Below are positions 26,126 to 35,878 of a stretch of 41,977 bases of DNA, piece by piece (within the stretch, counting starts at the first letter, position 1; each line of letters opens with the position of its first letter). This stretch comes from Gemmatimonadota bacterium (GTDB taxonomy: Bacteria > Gemmatimonadota > Gemmatimonadetes > Palauibacterales > Palauibacteraceae): contig JBFILW010000002.1 in assembly GCA_041612005.1 (NCBI GenBank), positions 1 to 41,977 on the forward strand. The letters run 5' to 3'. A program made the translations under genes and the position numbers. Below the pieces are notes generated by a model, which was given only the letters and a program-made list of their open reading frames with translations, ran no database searches and was not told the origin of the DNA.

Positions 26126-27150
26126 ACGAAACGCCGTACACGTACAAGCAAGCCGGGGTCGATATCGAGGCGGCGGATCGCGTGAAGCGCGCACTTGGCG
26201 AGCTGGTCGCGTCGACCCGGACCGAGGCCGTGCGGGGCGGCTACGGTTCGTTCGGCGGCCGCTTTTCGGCTGCGGGACATGACGACTTGGTGGCCAGCGC
26301 GGACGGAGTGGGCACCAAGCTGGTGATCGCGTTTCGGACCGGCCGGCACGACACGGTGGGTGAGGACCTGGTGAACCACTGCGTCAACGACATTCTGACG
26401 GAGGGAGCCCGGCCGCTCGTGTTCATGGACTATTTCGCGACTGGCAACCTGGCGCCGGACGTCACCGTCCAGGTCGTCGAGGGTGTGGCACGCGGCTGCC
26501 GGGCCAACGGCTGCGCGCTGCTGGGTGGTGAGACGGCCGAGATGCCGGGCTTCTACGGTGACGGAGAGTACGACCTCGCCGGCTTCGTGGTGGGCCAGGT
26601 CGCGTGGCCCGACGTCGGCCGGCGCGATGTGCTGGCGGGCGATGTCCTGGTCGGGCTTCCGTCCTCGGGCTTCCACACCAACGGGTACAGCTTTCTCCGC
26701 GGCCTTCTGTTCGAGCGGCTGGGACATGGTGTCGACAGCAAGTGGCCAGGGCTCGATGAGACGATCGGCGAGGTGCTGCTGCGCGTCCACCGCTCTTACC
26801 TGCCGGTGCTGAGCGAGGTGGGCATGGGCGGCGTTCGAGCGCTTGCACACGTCACCGGCGGAGGGATCCCGGGCAATCTGTCGCGGGTTCTCCCCCCGAC
26901 GCTCGATGCGATCGTCGACACCACGAGCTGGGAGCCGGGCCCGGAGTTCCGATTCGTCGCCGAAGCGAGCAGGGCAACGCCCGAGGAGCTGTACCGGACG
27001 CTCAACATGGGAATTGGCATGTTGGCCGTAGCGCGGGCGGACGACGGCGATGCGCTAACAGCCGAGCTTCACCGGGCAGGTTGTGCGGCGGTCATCTGTG
27101 GCGAGGTGGTCGCCGGCGAGGGCTCCGTCCGCCTGGCCGGCGTGTCTTGA
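26122..27150 (+). CDS. purM: Phosphoribosylformylglycinamidine cyclo-ligase (AIR synthetase)
   Basis: Motifs are YKQAGVDIEAADR..., DGVGTKL, DLVNHCVNDIL, GGETAEMPG and HVTGGGIPGNL. Confidence 0.9.
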   Translation: MNETPYTYKQAGVDIEAADRVKRALGELVASTRTEAVRGGYGSFGGRFSAAGHDDLVASADGVGTKLVIAFRTGRHDTVGEDLVNHCVNDILTEGARPLVFMDYFATGNLAPDVTVQVVEGVARGCRANGCALLGGETAEMPGFYGDGEYDLAGFVVGQVAWPDVGRRDVLAGDVLVGLPSSGFHTNGYSFLRGLLFERLGHGVDSKWPGLDETIGEVLLRVHRSYLPVLSEVGMGGVRALAHVTGGGIPGNLSRVLPPTLDAIVDTTSWEPGPEFRFVAEASRATPEELYRTLNMGIGMLAVARADDGDALTAELHRAGCAAVICGEVVAGEGSVRLAGVS

Positions 27151-27164
27151 CGGACCAGGACGTC

Positions 27165-28316
27165 ATGGCGCCCGAGGAGAGAGGCTCGCTAGCAGTGAGT
27201 TCGCGGGATCGGTCGCTGATGCGGCGCGCGATCCAGCTTGCCGAGGGTGGGTGGGGCCGGGTCTCTCCCAACCCGCTGGTCGGCGCGGTGGTGGCCGGTG
27301 AGCGGGGCGTCGTCGGCGAGGGGTTCCACGCGGAGTACGGCCGGGAGCATGCGGAAGTGCAGGCGCTTCGAAGCGCCGGTGAGGCATGCCGGGACGGTAC
27401 TCTGTACGTGACCCTGGAGCCCTGCGCGCACCAGGGAAAGACACCGCCATGTGTCGAAGCGATCATCGAGAGCGGCATTCGGCGCGTGGTCGTTGCCTGC
27501 CGGGACCCGAATCCGGATGCGGAGGGTGGAATCCGGCGGTTGCGCGAGGCTGGGATCGAGGTGGCCTCCGGCGTCGAGGCCGCGCCGGCATCGCGACAGA
27601 ACGCGGCATTTCTATGGAGCCAGAGAACCGGGCGACCGTTCGTCACCCTCAAGCTCGCCCTCAGTCTCGACGCGCGCATCGCTGAGAAGGCCGGCAGTCG
27701 TACCTCGATCAGCGGACCGGAGGCCGCACGCTGGGTCCACCGCCTTCGCGCGGGGCAGAGTGCGATACTGGTCGGTCGCGTGACTGCGGAGGTCGACGAT
27801 CCGCTTCTGACGGTGCGAGGCCATTCGCCCCGCGTGCCTCCCGTCCGGGTCGTGCTCGATCCCGAGTTGAAGCTCTCCGCCAAGTCACGCCTGGCGGCGA
27901 CCGCAGCGGACGCCCCCCTATGGATCGCAACGACCCCAGCTGCCCCGGATGACCGGCGGGCGGCACTGAAATTGGCAGGCGCTCGGCTGCTGGATCTGCG
28001 CCAGAGTGCGCCGAACCATTTGGACCTCGAAGAGCTGCTCGGAATCCTTGGCGAGGCCGGTCTTGCATCGATACTGGTCGAGGGTGGCGGGCGTGTGGCG
28101 GCTTCGTTCCTTGGTCATGGTCTGGTTCAGCGCCTCCACCTCATCTACGCCCCGCGAATCCTGGGCGAGGCGGGGGTCCCAGCGTTCGGGCCTGACCGGA
28201 TATCGAACGCTGATTGGCGCCTTACCGCGCACGAGGTCCTCGGCGATGACGTGATGCTCGAATTCGACGCTCCATCGCTATCCGCGCTGGCCGAGGCACT
28301 GGAAGGGAGGGGCTAG
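27165..28316 (+). CDS. ribD: Bifunctional riboflavin biosynthesis protein RibD (pyrimidine deaminase / uracil reductase)
   Basis: Internal ATG at 27165 of ORF 27081..28316, with AGGA 6 nt upstream. Motifs include MRRAIQLAEGGWGRVSPNPLVGAVV, HAEVQAL and TLEPCAHQGKTPPC (zinc deaminase motif), followed by the reductase domain. The start lies 14 nt after the purM stop. Confidence 0.9.
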   Translation: MAPEERGSLAVSSRDRSLMRRAIQLAEGGWGRVSPNPLVGAVVAGERGVVGEGFHAEYGREHAEVQALRSAGEACRDGTLYVTLEPCAHQGKTPPCVEAIIESGIRRVVVACRDPNPDAEGGIRRLREAGIEVASGVEAAPASRQNAAFLWSQRTGRPFVTLKLALSLDARIAEKAGSRTSISGPEAARWVHRLRAGQSAILVGRVTAEVDDPLLTVRGHSPRVPPVRVVLDPELKLSAKSRLAATAADAPLWIATTPAAPDDRRAALKLAGARLLDLRQSAPNHLDLEELLGILGEAGLASILVEGGGRVAASFLGHGLVQRLHLIYAPRILGEAGVPAFGPDRISNADWRLTAHEVLGDDVMLEFDAPSLSALAEALEGRG

Positions 28317-28317
28317 A

Positions 28318-28923
28318 GTGTTCACCGGGCTCGTGGAGTCAGTGGGGCGGGTGGCCCGGGTTGCCCCGGCAGCCGAAAACATCGAGTTCGAGGTGGACGC
28401 ACCGGATCTTGCCGGCGGTCTCTCGAGCGGCGACAGCATCGCTGTCGATGGCGTCTGCCAGACGGTGACCGCCGTCGATGGAGCCCGGTTTCGGTTCGTC
28501 TCGGTTCCCGCCACGCTCGCCCGAACGACCTTCGGCTCCTACGAGGTCGGCCGGGAAGTGAATCTCGAGCGCGCCCTCGCCGCCGGCCGGCCGATGGGCG
28601 GGCACATCGTACAGGGACATGTGGATGGCGTCGCGTCGGTGGTCGGCTTAGAGCCGATCGAGGACGGAGCACGGCTGCGGATTCGGCTCACCCCGGATGT
28701 TGCCCGGATTACAGTGCCTCGCGGCTCGCTGGCCGTGGATGGGGTCAGCCTCACGGTGGCCGAACTCAAGGGCGAGGTCGCGGAAATCGCGATTATCCCA
28801 TATACATTGAGGCATACTTCCTTTGGCCGACTGCGGGCCGGAGCGACCGTGAACGTCGAAGCCGACCTGATCGGCAAGTACGTTGAAAAGCTGGTGCGGC
28901 CGCACCTGGCCGATACACCGTAG
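28318..28923 (+). CDS. ribE: Riboflavin synthase (alpha chain)
   Basis: It begins [12 protein letters not shown] and has an internally duplicated barrel ([13 protein letters not shown] and [12 protein letters not shown]). GTG start, 1 nt after the ribD stop. Confidence 0.9.
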   Translation: MFTGLVESVGRVARVAPAAENIEFEVDAPDLAGGLSSGDSIAVDGVCQTVTAVDGARFRFVSVPATLARTTFGSYEVGREVNLERALAAGRPMGGHIVQGHVDGVASVVGLEPIEDGARLRIRLTPDVARITVPRGSLAVDGVSLTVAELKGEVAEIAIIPYTLRHTSFGRLRAGATVNVEADLIGKYVEKLVRPHLADTP

Positions 28924-28926
28924 CAG

Positions 28927-30180
28927 TTGGTGTGGGTGACAACAGAAGTCGGAGAATTGACTGTGCGACCCTTTGATGAGGCTGTGGAGAGAGCGATCGA
29001 GGCTATTCGGCGTGGTGAGATGGTCATCATCGCCGACGACGAAGACCGCGAGAATGAGGGAGACCTCGTTTGTGCTGCCGAGAAGATCACGCCGGAAGGC
29101 ATCAATTTCATGGCCACCCACGGGCGTGGGTTGATCTGCCTGACGCTGGCTCCGGAAATCGCGAAGCGGCTGGAGCTGCCGCTGATGTCGAACGGTCAGT
29201 CGCCCGATTCAAACGAGACCGCATTTACGGTCACGATCGACGCGCGCCCGGAATTCGGCGTCTCGACCGGCATCAGCGCCTACGATCGGTATCGGACCGT
29301 CCAGGTGGCTCTGGACCCGAAGTGTGAGCCCAACCACTTGCAGCGACCGGGGCACGTGTTTCCGCTTCGCGCCAAGCCCGGTGGTGTCCTGGAACGCGTC
29401 GGTCAGACGGAGGCATCAGTCGATCTAGCCCGGCTGGCGGGTTTTCAGGCTGCCGGAGTGATCTGCGAGATTCTCAACGCAGACGGAACGATGGCGCGCC
29501 GCCCGGAGCTCGAGGAGTTCGGGCGCCAGCATGGAATAGAGTGCGTCACGGTGGCACAGATCGTCGCCTACCGCCTCAAGCACGAGCGGCTGGTCCACCG
29601 GGTTGCCGAGGCCGGGCTTCCGACGCCGTACGGGGAATTCCGGATCATCGGCTACAAGAACGAAGTCAACGACCGGGAGCACGTGGCATTGGTCAAAGGA
29701 AACGTCGAAGAGCGCGATGACGTGCTCGTGCGCGTTCACTCCAAGTGTCTGACTGGCGATGTGTTCGCATCCAGGCGCTGCGACTGCGGCGCTCAGCTGC
29801 AGGCTGCGATGCGGCGAGTGATTGAAGAGGGCGCCGGGGTGATCGTTTATCTCGACCAGGAGGGGCGGGGAATCGGGTTGCTCAACAAGCTGAGAGCCTA
29901 TGAGCTCCAGGATGAGGGTCGAGATACCGTCGAGGCCAATGAGCTTCTCGGATTCCCGCCTGATCTGCGCAACTACGGCATCGGCGCCCAGATCCTCCTT
30001 GACCTGGGACTCAAGTCGATCCGTATCATGACCAACAACCCGAAGAAGCTGGCCGGGCTGGAGGGCTTCGGCCTCGAGATCTCGGGCAGGGAATCGCTGG
30101 AGATCGAGCCGACGGGCGAAAACCAGTCGTATTTGGACAGCAAGCGGGAGAAGCTCGGGCATATTCTCCGCACTTCATGA
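28927..30180 (+). CDS. ribBA: Bifunctional 3,4-dihydroxy-2-butanone-4-phosphate synthase / GTP cyclohydrolase II
   Basis: Motifs are [16 protein letters not shown], then [18 protein letters not shown] and [14 protein letters not shown]. The start is the TTG at 28927, with GTG alternatives a few codons later. Confidence 0.9.
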   Translation: MVWVTTEVGELTVRPFDEAVERAIEAIRRGEMVIIADDEDRENEGDLVCAAEKITPEGINFMATHGRGLICLTLAPEIAKRLELPLMSNGQSPDSNETAFTVTIDARPEFGVSTGISAYDRYRTVQVALDPKCEPNHLQRPGHVFPLRAKPGGVLERVGQTEASVDLARLAGFQAAGVICEILNADGTMARRPELEEFGRQHGIECVTVAQIVAYRLKHERLVHRVAEAGLPTPYGEFRIIGYKNEVNDREHVALVKGNVEERDDVLVRVHSKCLTGDVFASRRCDCGAQLQAAMRRVIEEGAGVIVYLDQEGRGIGLLNKLRAYELQDEGRDTVEANELLGFPPDLRNYGIGAQILLDLGLKSIRIMTNNPKKLAGLEGFGLEISGRESLEIEPTGENQSYLDSKREKLGHILRTS

Positions 30181-30638
30181 CGCCAGCGTCGGGCGAACCG
30201 ACGGGAGAGAATCGCCGCGTCTGCCTCGTGGTGAGCCGGTTCAACCAGTTGGTCACCGAGCGCCTCGCCGCTGGGGCCCGGGCGGCCCTGCTCGAGCGGG
30301 GCGTCCGATCCGAAGACATCGAAACGGTGTCAGTCCCCGGTGCATTCGAGCTTCCTCGCGGCGTGCGCATGGCGATGGATCGAGGCTTCGATGCGATCGT
30401 CGCTCTGGGCTGCGTCGTCCGCGGTGAGACGCCGCACTTTGAGTATGTCTGCGACGCCGCGACCCGCGGGCTCGGCCGGCTGTCCCTCGAGGGGGAGGTG
30501 CCGGTGGGCTTCGGTCTCCTGACCACGGACACTATGCAGCAGGCGATGGAACGAGCCGGCGGTGAGCGCGGCAACAAGGGAGCCGACGCCGCGCTGGCGG
30601 CGCTTGCGTTGTGTGACCTGAGAGACCGGCTTGGCTGA
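30177..30638 (+). CDS. ribH: 6,7-dimethyl-8-ribityllumazine synthase
   Basis: Motifs are VVSRFNQLVTERLAAGA, VPGAFELP, ALGCVVRGETPHFEYV and NKGADAA. It overlaps ribBA by ATGA. Confidence 0.9.
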   Translation: MTPASGEPTGENRRVCLVVSRFNQLVTERLAAGARAALLERGVRSEDIETVSVPGAFELPRGVRMAMDRGFDAIVALGCVVRGETPHFEYVCDAATRGLGRLSLEGEVPVGFGLLTTDTMQQAMERAGGERGNKGADAALAALALCDLRDRLG

Positions 30639-30643
30639 CGCCG

Positions 30644-31081
30644 ATGCCACGCGCCGGGGGGCGCACCCGCGCCCGTGAGTGGATGCTGCAGCTGCTGTAC
30701 GGCTGGGAGGTCAGCGGTTCGGAAGAGGATCTCGACGCCTACGCCTCCAGAGTCCTGGCCGACCGCGTCGTGGCTGTCCGCTGTCGGGAACATCTCAGGC
30801 GTCTCATCCAGGCGCTCGACGAGCGTCAGGCCGACGTTGATCGGGCCGTGCAGACCGCGATGTCGAACTGGCGGCTCGACAGACTGGCGGTGATCGATCG
30901 CAACATACTTCGCATCGGGACGGTCGAGCTGCTGCACTTCGATCGAGTCCCCGAAAAAGTGGCGATCCACGAGGCGATCCTACTCGCCGAAAAGTACGGA
31001 AGTGAGGAGAGCCCGCGCTTTGTCAATGGCGTTCTCGACGCTGTCTACCACGGCCGGCAGGCCGCCAACGGGGGCGCGTGA
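30644..31081 (+). CDS. nusB: Transcription antitermination factor NusB
   Basis: 145 aa, with AREWMLQLLY...W.LDRLAVIDRNILRIGTVELL...P.KVAIHEAILLAEKYGSEESPRFVNGVLD. The ribH-nusB synteny is conserved. Confidence 0.85.
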   Translation: MPRAGGRTRAREWMLQLLYGWEVSGSEEDLDAYASRVLADRVVAVRCREHLRRLIQALDERQADVDRAVQTAMSNWRLDRLAVIDRNILRIGTVELLHFDRVPEKVAIHEAILLAEKYGSEESPRFVNGVLDAVYHGRQAANGGA

Positions 31082-32219
31082 TCTGAACGAGCCGGCTTGT
31101 CGGATTCTCGTCGTCAACTGGCAGGACAGGCTCAACCCTCAGGCTGGCGGAGCCGAGGTCCACCTGCATGAGATTTTTGGCAGGTTGGCCGGAGCAGGGC
31201 ACCTCGTGCAGCTGCTGGTTTCTGGCTGGCAAGGCGGTGCCGCAAGGGAAACGATCGATGGTATGGTGGTGACCCGGACCGGTGGTCGGTACAGCTTTCC
31301 TCTCCACGTCCAGACGGCGTTTCGGCGTTTGTGCGCGGAGCAGCCATACGATGTCCTGGTCGAAGACATCAATAAGATCCCACTTTTCACGCCCCGCTGG
31401 TCGAACATCCCGATCGTCGGACTTGTGCCTCACCTGTTCGGGACGACCGCGTTCAGGCAGGAGTCATGGCCGATCGCCGCCACCGTATGGGGTGCGGAGA
31501 AGCTGATGATACCGGCCTACCGGGGCGTGCCGATGCAAGTGATCTCGAACAGCACCGCCGACGATCTCGTGGCACGCGGCTTCCAGCGATCTCAGATACA
31601 GGTCATTTACCCCGGGCTGAACCACGACCTTTACTGTCCGGGCGACGCCCGCGTTCGAACGGATGTCCCGACCTTTGCGTACGTTGGCCGCTTGAAGAGG
31701 TACAAGGGAATCGACGTGCTCATCCGAGCGGTCGGATTGATGCGCGCGCAGGGCAGGGCAGTTCGGCTGATCATCGCCGGCAAGGGAGACGATAGGCCAC
31801 GCCTCGAGAAACTGACAATGTCCTGGGAGCTGGCCGACGTGGTGGAGTTCGCGGGCTTCGTGTCCGACGAACAAAAAGTCGACTTGCTCCGGACGGTGTG
31901 GGCGACCTTGTACCCGTCGCCGAAAGAGGGGTGGGGTATAACCAACATGGAGGCCGCGGCGTGTGGTACGCCGAGTATCGCGAGTGACTCGCCTGGCCTG
32001 AGGGAAACAGTGCTGGATGGGGAAACGGGATTTCTGGTTCAGCACGACAGTCCATCCGAATGGGCGGCACGAATGATTCGTCTATCAGAGGACCGCGCGC
32101 TGCGTGTTCGCCTGGGAGAGGGGGCGCTGCGCCATGCTTCCGGATTCACGTGGGAGAAGGCGGCGCGGGAAACTGAAGCGTCGATTGTTGCGGCCGTGAG
32201 TGCAAAACGAGCCGCGTAG
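31026..32219 (+). CDS. Family-4 (GT-B, group 1) glycosyltransferase
   Basis: Motifs are ILVVNWQDRLNPQAGGAEVHLHEI, a C-terminal YPSPKEGWGITNMEAAACGTPSIASDSPGLRETV, and the E-x7-E-type region GETGFLV. The start is uncertain: ATG 31026 or GTG 31002, and both overlap the nusB 3' end. There is no ATG/GTG/TTG between the nusB stop and the conserved N-terminus. Confidence 0.75.
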   Translation: MAFSTLSTTAGRPPTGARDLNEPACRILVVNWQDRLNPQAGGAEVHLHEIFGRLAGAGHLVQLLVSGWQGGAARETIDGMVVTRTGGRYSFPLHVQTAFRRLCAEQPYDVLVEDINKIPLFTPRWSNIPIVGLVPHLFGTTAFRQESWPIAATVWGAEKLMIPAYRGVPMQVISNSTADDLVARGFQRSQIQVIYPGLNHDLYCPGDARVRTDVPTFAYVGRLKRYKGIDVLIRAVGLMRAQGRAVRLIIAGKGDDRPRLEKLTMSWELADVVEFAGFVSDEQKVDLLRTVWATLYPSPKEGWGITNMEAAACGTPSIASDSPGLRETVLDGETGFLVQHDSPSEWAARMIRLSEDRALRVRLGEGALRHASGFTWEKAARETEASIVAAVSAKRAA

Positions 32220-32238
32220 CACCCGGGAGGAGGGAAGG

Positions 32239-32586
32239 ATGCAGCTGATCATCTCAACACGGCACACTCAGTTGTCAGACCGGCTCCGTGAGGCCATCGA
32301 GGAGCAGTTCGAGCGACTCGAGCGCTTTGAGCCGCGAATCACGAGGGCCGACGTCACTCTACTAGAGGAGAAGAACCGCTGTGAGGCCGAGGCTCGCCTC
32401 AGCATCGCGCGCGCGGGCCAACTCCACGCACACGCGGAGGCAGCCGACTTTCGTTCGGCCGTAGACGCGCTCGTGTCCAAACTGTCACGTCAGCTGAAGC
32501 GGCAACGGTCGAGGTCCCGAGAGCACAAGGTTCCAGAGAAGGAGGAGCCGGACATGCTGCCCGTCGACGAGTCCGCGCCGTCCTGA
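32239..32586 (+). CDS. hpf: Ribosome hibernation promoting factor / RaiA family, short form
   Basis: Internal ATG at 32239 of ORF 32200..32586, with GGGAGGAGGGAAGG immediately upstream. The sequence MQLIISTRHTQLSDRLREAIEEQFERLERF...ADFRSAVDALVSKLSRQLKR is typical of the sigma-54 modulation/HPF fold. It is 115 aa with no long-HPF dimerisation domain. Confidence 0.85.
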   Translation: MQLIISTRHTQLSDRLREAIEEQFERLERFEPRITRADVTLLEEKNRCEAEARLSIARAGQLHAHAEAADFRSAVDALVSKLSRQLKRQRSRSREHKVPEKEEPDMLPVDESAPS

Positions 32587-32588
32587 TC

Positions 32589-33542
32589 ATGCTTAGCGTA
32601 CGCGACCTTCTGGAGCGCAAGCGAGACTCCTTGAGCCTCGAGCTTGTGGCCGGTGAATCCGGCCTCGATCGTCAGATCACCGGCCCCGACGTCTCGAGTC
32701 CGGGTCTTGTGATCAGCGGCTATACGGAGCGCTTTCCGGCGGACCGCGTTCAGGTGCTGGGTGAAACGGAGATCTCGTACCTGGCCTCGCTCGATCCCCC
32801 CGATCTGGCGAGGGCAGCGAATCATTTCATGCAGCTGGATATTCCCTGTGTCTTCGTAACCAAGGGGCTGCTAGTGCCGGGCGAGCTGGGAGCGGCGGCC
32901 GAGGCCACCGGCGTGCCGCTTCTCCGCAGCGCGCTGAAGACAGGTGAGTTCTATCGCCGCATCAAGCCGTACCTGGAGGAGAAGTTCGCTCCGACGACGA
33001 CTGTGCATGGATCCCTTTGTGATGTGTACGGCGTCGGCCTGCTTTTCGTGGGTCGCAGCGGGATCGGCAAGAGCGAGACGGTACTGGACCTGGTTGAGCG
33101 GGGCCACCGGCTGGTGGCCGACGACGTCGTGCACGTGAAACAGGTTGGCAACGACGTGCTTATCGGGCGCGGTCACGAGCTCCAGATGCACCACATGGAG
33201 ATACGGGGCATCGGGATCATCGATATCCGCGCTCTATTCGGTATCCGGGCCACCCGCCAGCAAAAGCGGATCGAGGTGCAGGTACAACTCGAGGAGTGGC
33301 AGGAGGAAGCGACCTACGAACGGACGGGTCTCGATACCACGACCACGTCGATCCTCGACGTGAAGATCCCTCGCGTCCTCGTGCCGTTGAATCCGGGCAA
33401 GAACATCACGGTGATCGCGGAAGTGATCGCTATGAACCACCTCCTGAAGTACGCCGGGGTAGATTCCGCCGCGCGCTTCAGCGACAACCTGCGGCAGGTA
33501 ATGCGGCCAGTGCGAGAGTATCTCGAGCAGGACTATGAGTGA
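32589..33542 (+). CDS. hprK: HPr kinase/phosphorylase, full length
   Basis: It has the P-loop GRSGIGKSETVLDLVERGHRLVADDVV and the signature region EIRGIGIIDIRALFG. Its 317 aa include the N-terminal domain. Confidence 0.9.
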   Translation: MLSVRDLLERKRDSLSLELVAGESGLDRQITGPDVSSPGLVISGYTERFPADRVQVLGETEISYLASLDPPDLARAANHFMQLDIPCVFVTKGLLVPGELGAAAEATGVPLLRSALKTGEFYRRIKPYLEEKFAPTTTVHGSLCDVYGVGLLFVGRSGIGKSETVLDLVERGHRLVADDVVHVKQVGNDVLIGRGHELQMHHMEIRGIGIIDIRALFGIRATRQQKRIEVQVQLEEWQEEATYERTGLDTTTTSILDVKIPRVLVPLNPGKNITVIAEVIAMNHLLKYAGVDSAARFSDNLRQVMRPVREYLEQDYE

Positions 33543-33973
33543 GCCTTCCCGCTCGTGCAATGACTGAAGTGCAGGGCCTGCTGGTGGCGCACGGGGAGCT
33601 GGCCGCCGCCCTCGTCGATGCTGCCGAGCGAATAACTGGAGTGCGCGGTGCCCTGATCCCAATCAGCAACGTTGATTGCTCGCCGGGCACGCTTCGCGAT
33701 CGGATTCGTGCCGCCCGCCAACCGGGGCCAACTGTCATTTTCGTCGATCTGGCCAGCGGCAGCTGCAACTTTGCGAGCCTGAGTCTCGCGCGTGAAAGCC
33801 GAGACGTGGCGGTCGTCACTGGGGTGAGCCTGCCGATGCTGCTCGACTTTCTGTTCCACCGAGACATGGAGCTCGACGCATTGGCGCATCGCCTTGTCGA
33901 AAAGGGACGGGCGAGCGCGGCGGCCCACACCACCTTCGGCGTCTCCCATGCCGATCGATCTGTTCAGGATTGA
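33539..33973 (+). CDS. PTS EIIA component, mannose/fructose/sorbose family
   Basis: GLLVAHGELAAALVDAAERITG carries the phospho-His in an AHG context, followed by VIFVDLASGSCNFAS. The start is either GTG 33539 (GTGA overlap with hprK) or ATG 33560. Confidence 0.8.
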   Translation: MSLPARAMTEVQGLLVAHGELAAALVDAAERITGVRGALIPISNVDCSPGTLRDRIRAARQPGPTVIFVDLASGSCNFASLSLARESRDVAVVTGVSLPMLLDFLFHRDMELDALAHRLVEKGRASAAAHTTFGVSHADRSVQD

Positions 33974-34436
33974 CGAGAGGCTCCTCCACGGCCAGGTCGT
34001 CGTGGGCTGGGGCCGGCGCCTGGAGATCGCGTACTACGTCGTCGTCGACGATCTCCTCGTCGAGAGCGAGTGGGAGCAGGAGCTATACGCCAGCGGTTTG
34101 CCAGCCGGAACCGAAGCCTACTTCGTATCAGTTTCTGAAGCCATCCAACGGTTCGCGGAGCTGGATGCGCAGCCGGGACGAGGAGCGTTGCTGACGCGCG
34201 GCACGACAGCGATGCGAAAACTGGCCGACGCGGGCCTGCTGACCGGCCGACGCGTCAACATAGGCGGACTCCACGCCGAGATCGGCCGACGCAGGGTACT
34301 CGATTACGTGTTCTTGAAGACCGACGAAGCCGACGACCTCCGCACCATCGGGCAGAAGGCCGCTTCGGTCGCCGCCCGCGATCTTCCCACCTCCAGGGAG
34401 GTGTCCCTGGACGAGGTCCTGCATGTACTTGGCTGA
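33948..34436 (+). CDS. PTS EIIB component, mannose/sorbose family
   Basis: Internal ATG at 33948 of ORF 33894..34436. MPIDLFRIDERLLHGQVVVGWG matches the RIDxRLIHGQV phospho-His motif. It overlaps the IIA 3' end by 26 nt. Confidence 0.8.
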   Translation: MPIDLFRIDERLLHGQVVVGWGRRLEIAYYVVVDDLLVESEWEQELYASGLPAGTEAYFVSVSEAIQRFAELDAQPGRGALLTRGTTAMRKLADAGLLTGRRVNIGGLHAEIGRRRVLDYVFLKTDEADDLRTIGQKAASVAARDLPTSREVSLDEVLHVLG

Positions 34437-35124
34437 CGTCGGCCTCGCACCCATGGACTTGATGTTCCTGGCGCTGGCCGGAGCCCTGGTCGGGGTGGAC
34501 TCGGTCACCTGGCTGCAATCCATGATCTCACGGCCGATCATAGCCGGTACGATCGGAGGCGCATTGGTCGGCGGACCGGCGGCTGGCTTTCTGGTCGGAG
34601 CCTTTCTCGAGCTCCTCAGTTTTCGCCACCCACCTTACGGTGCGGCCAGATACCCCGACGTCGCCACCGCCAGCCTGATCGCTGGCGCCGGCTACGCCGC
34701 GGCGGGAGGCAGAGGCCTCGGATCGCTGTTGCTTGTTCTCGTAGCCGGCTGGGCGATAGGTTGGATTGGTACGCGCTCGGTGCAGATCCTCCGGGCGTTC
34801 AACACGCGTCTGGCCATGGATTCGGTGTACCTGGCCAGGAAGCCTGTACGGATCGAGGTCCGTCAGCGGCTCGGCATTGCCCTAGACGGGTTTCGGGCGG
34901 CGCTTCTGACCGCATCCTTTACGATCCCAGTAGCTCTTCTGGCGACCTATGCCAACCGCGTAACCGGTCGTTGGGAGGGGGGCTCGGTCGCGGCGGGACT
35001 GGTGGTCGTCGGCTTGGCCGGAATCGTCGGCGCCGGGTCACGCACGATTGGAGGCGCATTCAAGTCGTGGCCCTTGCTGTTGGTGGGCGCAGCCGCCGCG
35101 TTGCTGGTGGTGACGCTGCTGTGA
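34423..35124 (+). CDS. PTS EIIC component, mannose/sorbose family
   Basis: 233-aa polytopic protein. The region FLALAGALVGVDSVTWLQSMISRPIIAGTIGGALVG...GAFLELL resembles the ManY/SorA N-terminal region. An alternative ATG lies at 34453. Confidence 0.75.
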   Translation: MYLADVGLAPMDLMFLALAGALVGVDSVTWLQSMISRPIIAGTIGGALVGGPAAGFLVGAFLELLSFRHPPYGAARYPDVATASLIAGAGYAAAGGRGLGSLLLVLVAGWAIGWIGTRSVQILRAFNTRLAMDSVYLARKPVRIEVRQRLGIALDGFRAALLTASFTIPVALLATYANRVTGRWEGGSVAAGLVVVGLAGIVGAGSRTIGGAFKSWPLLLVGAAAALLVVTLL

Positions 35125-35861
35125 AGCCGCCACGGTCAGCGGGCTTGTCGGCCTGGTTGCGCTGTTGTGCGATCCAGGGAGCGTGGAATTACAGGACGTT
35201 GGTCGGCAGCGGGATCGCGTACGCGATGATGCCGCTGCTGTCCCGCATATACGCGGGTGATCCGGTTGGCTATCGGGAGGCGCTCCAGAGGCACCTGGAG
35301 AACTTCAACGGCCACCCTTATCTGTGCGGGATGGCCGTGGGCGCGCTGGCGCGACTCGAGTACGATCAGGTGGACCCGGTGCGAATCCGGCGTTTCCGAG
35401 TAGCACTCCGAGGTCCGCTGGGCACGATCGGGGACCGTCTGGTGTGGGCCGGTTGGCGCCCGTTCTGCGTGCTGGTGACCATATGCGCGTTCGGGCTCGG
35501 AATGTCCGCATGGCGCGCGGTTGTCGCGTTCTTGCTTGTCTACAACGTGGGACATCTGTGGTTGCGGGTTTGGTCGTTTCGAACGGGTTGGCGGGCCGGC
35601 CTCGACGTCGGGAGCCGGCTGACGGCCACATCGCTGAGCAGGTGGGCAGAAGCTTTCGGTCCGGTGAACATGATTCTGGCTGGTGCGGCCGTCGTGCTGA
35701 TCGGGCGGCAAGTGCCTGGCGTGGATTCGTTCGCGGCGTTGGTCACGCTCCTGGCCGTGGGCATGGGACTGCTGGCCTACAGATGGCCGTCGCGATTCGG
35801 TCGGGTCGCGGTCGGCGTTCTTCTGGCGACTCCGGTCGTCTGGTATCTGATCAAAGGTTGA
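35121..35861 (+). CDS. PTS EIID component, mannose/sorbose family
   Basis: GTG at 35121 (GTGA overlap with IIC) within ORF 34761..35861. Motifs are IQGAWNYRTLVGSGIAYAMMPLLSRIY, RHLENFNGHPYL and RGPLGTIGDRLVWAGWRP, which parallel ManZ motifs (QGSWNFERMQ, RHLEFFNTQP, GPLAGVGDPIFW..RP). It is 246 aa, somewhat short. Confidence 0.75.
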   Translation: MKPPRSAGLSAWLRCCAIQGAWNYRTLVGSGIAYAMMPLLSRIYAGDPVGYREALQRHLENFNGHPYLCGMAVGALARLEYDQVDPVRIRRFRVALRGPLGTIGDRLVWAGWRPFCVLVTICAFGLGMSAWRAVVAFLLVYNVGHLWLRVWSFRTGWRAGLDVGSRLTATSLSRWAEAFGPVNMILAGAAVVLIGRQVPGVDSFAALVTLLAVGMGLLAYRWPSRFGRVAVGVLLATPVVWYLIKG

Positions 35862-35878
35862 GGGAGGCGCGCAGACAA

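Noticed and set aside
27000-27165. FMN (RFN) riboswitch expected upstream of ribD
   Set aside because: Only 14 nt separate purM and ribD, and I saw no RFN-like conserved core in the purM 3' end.
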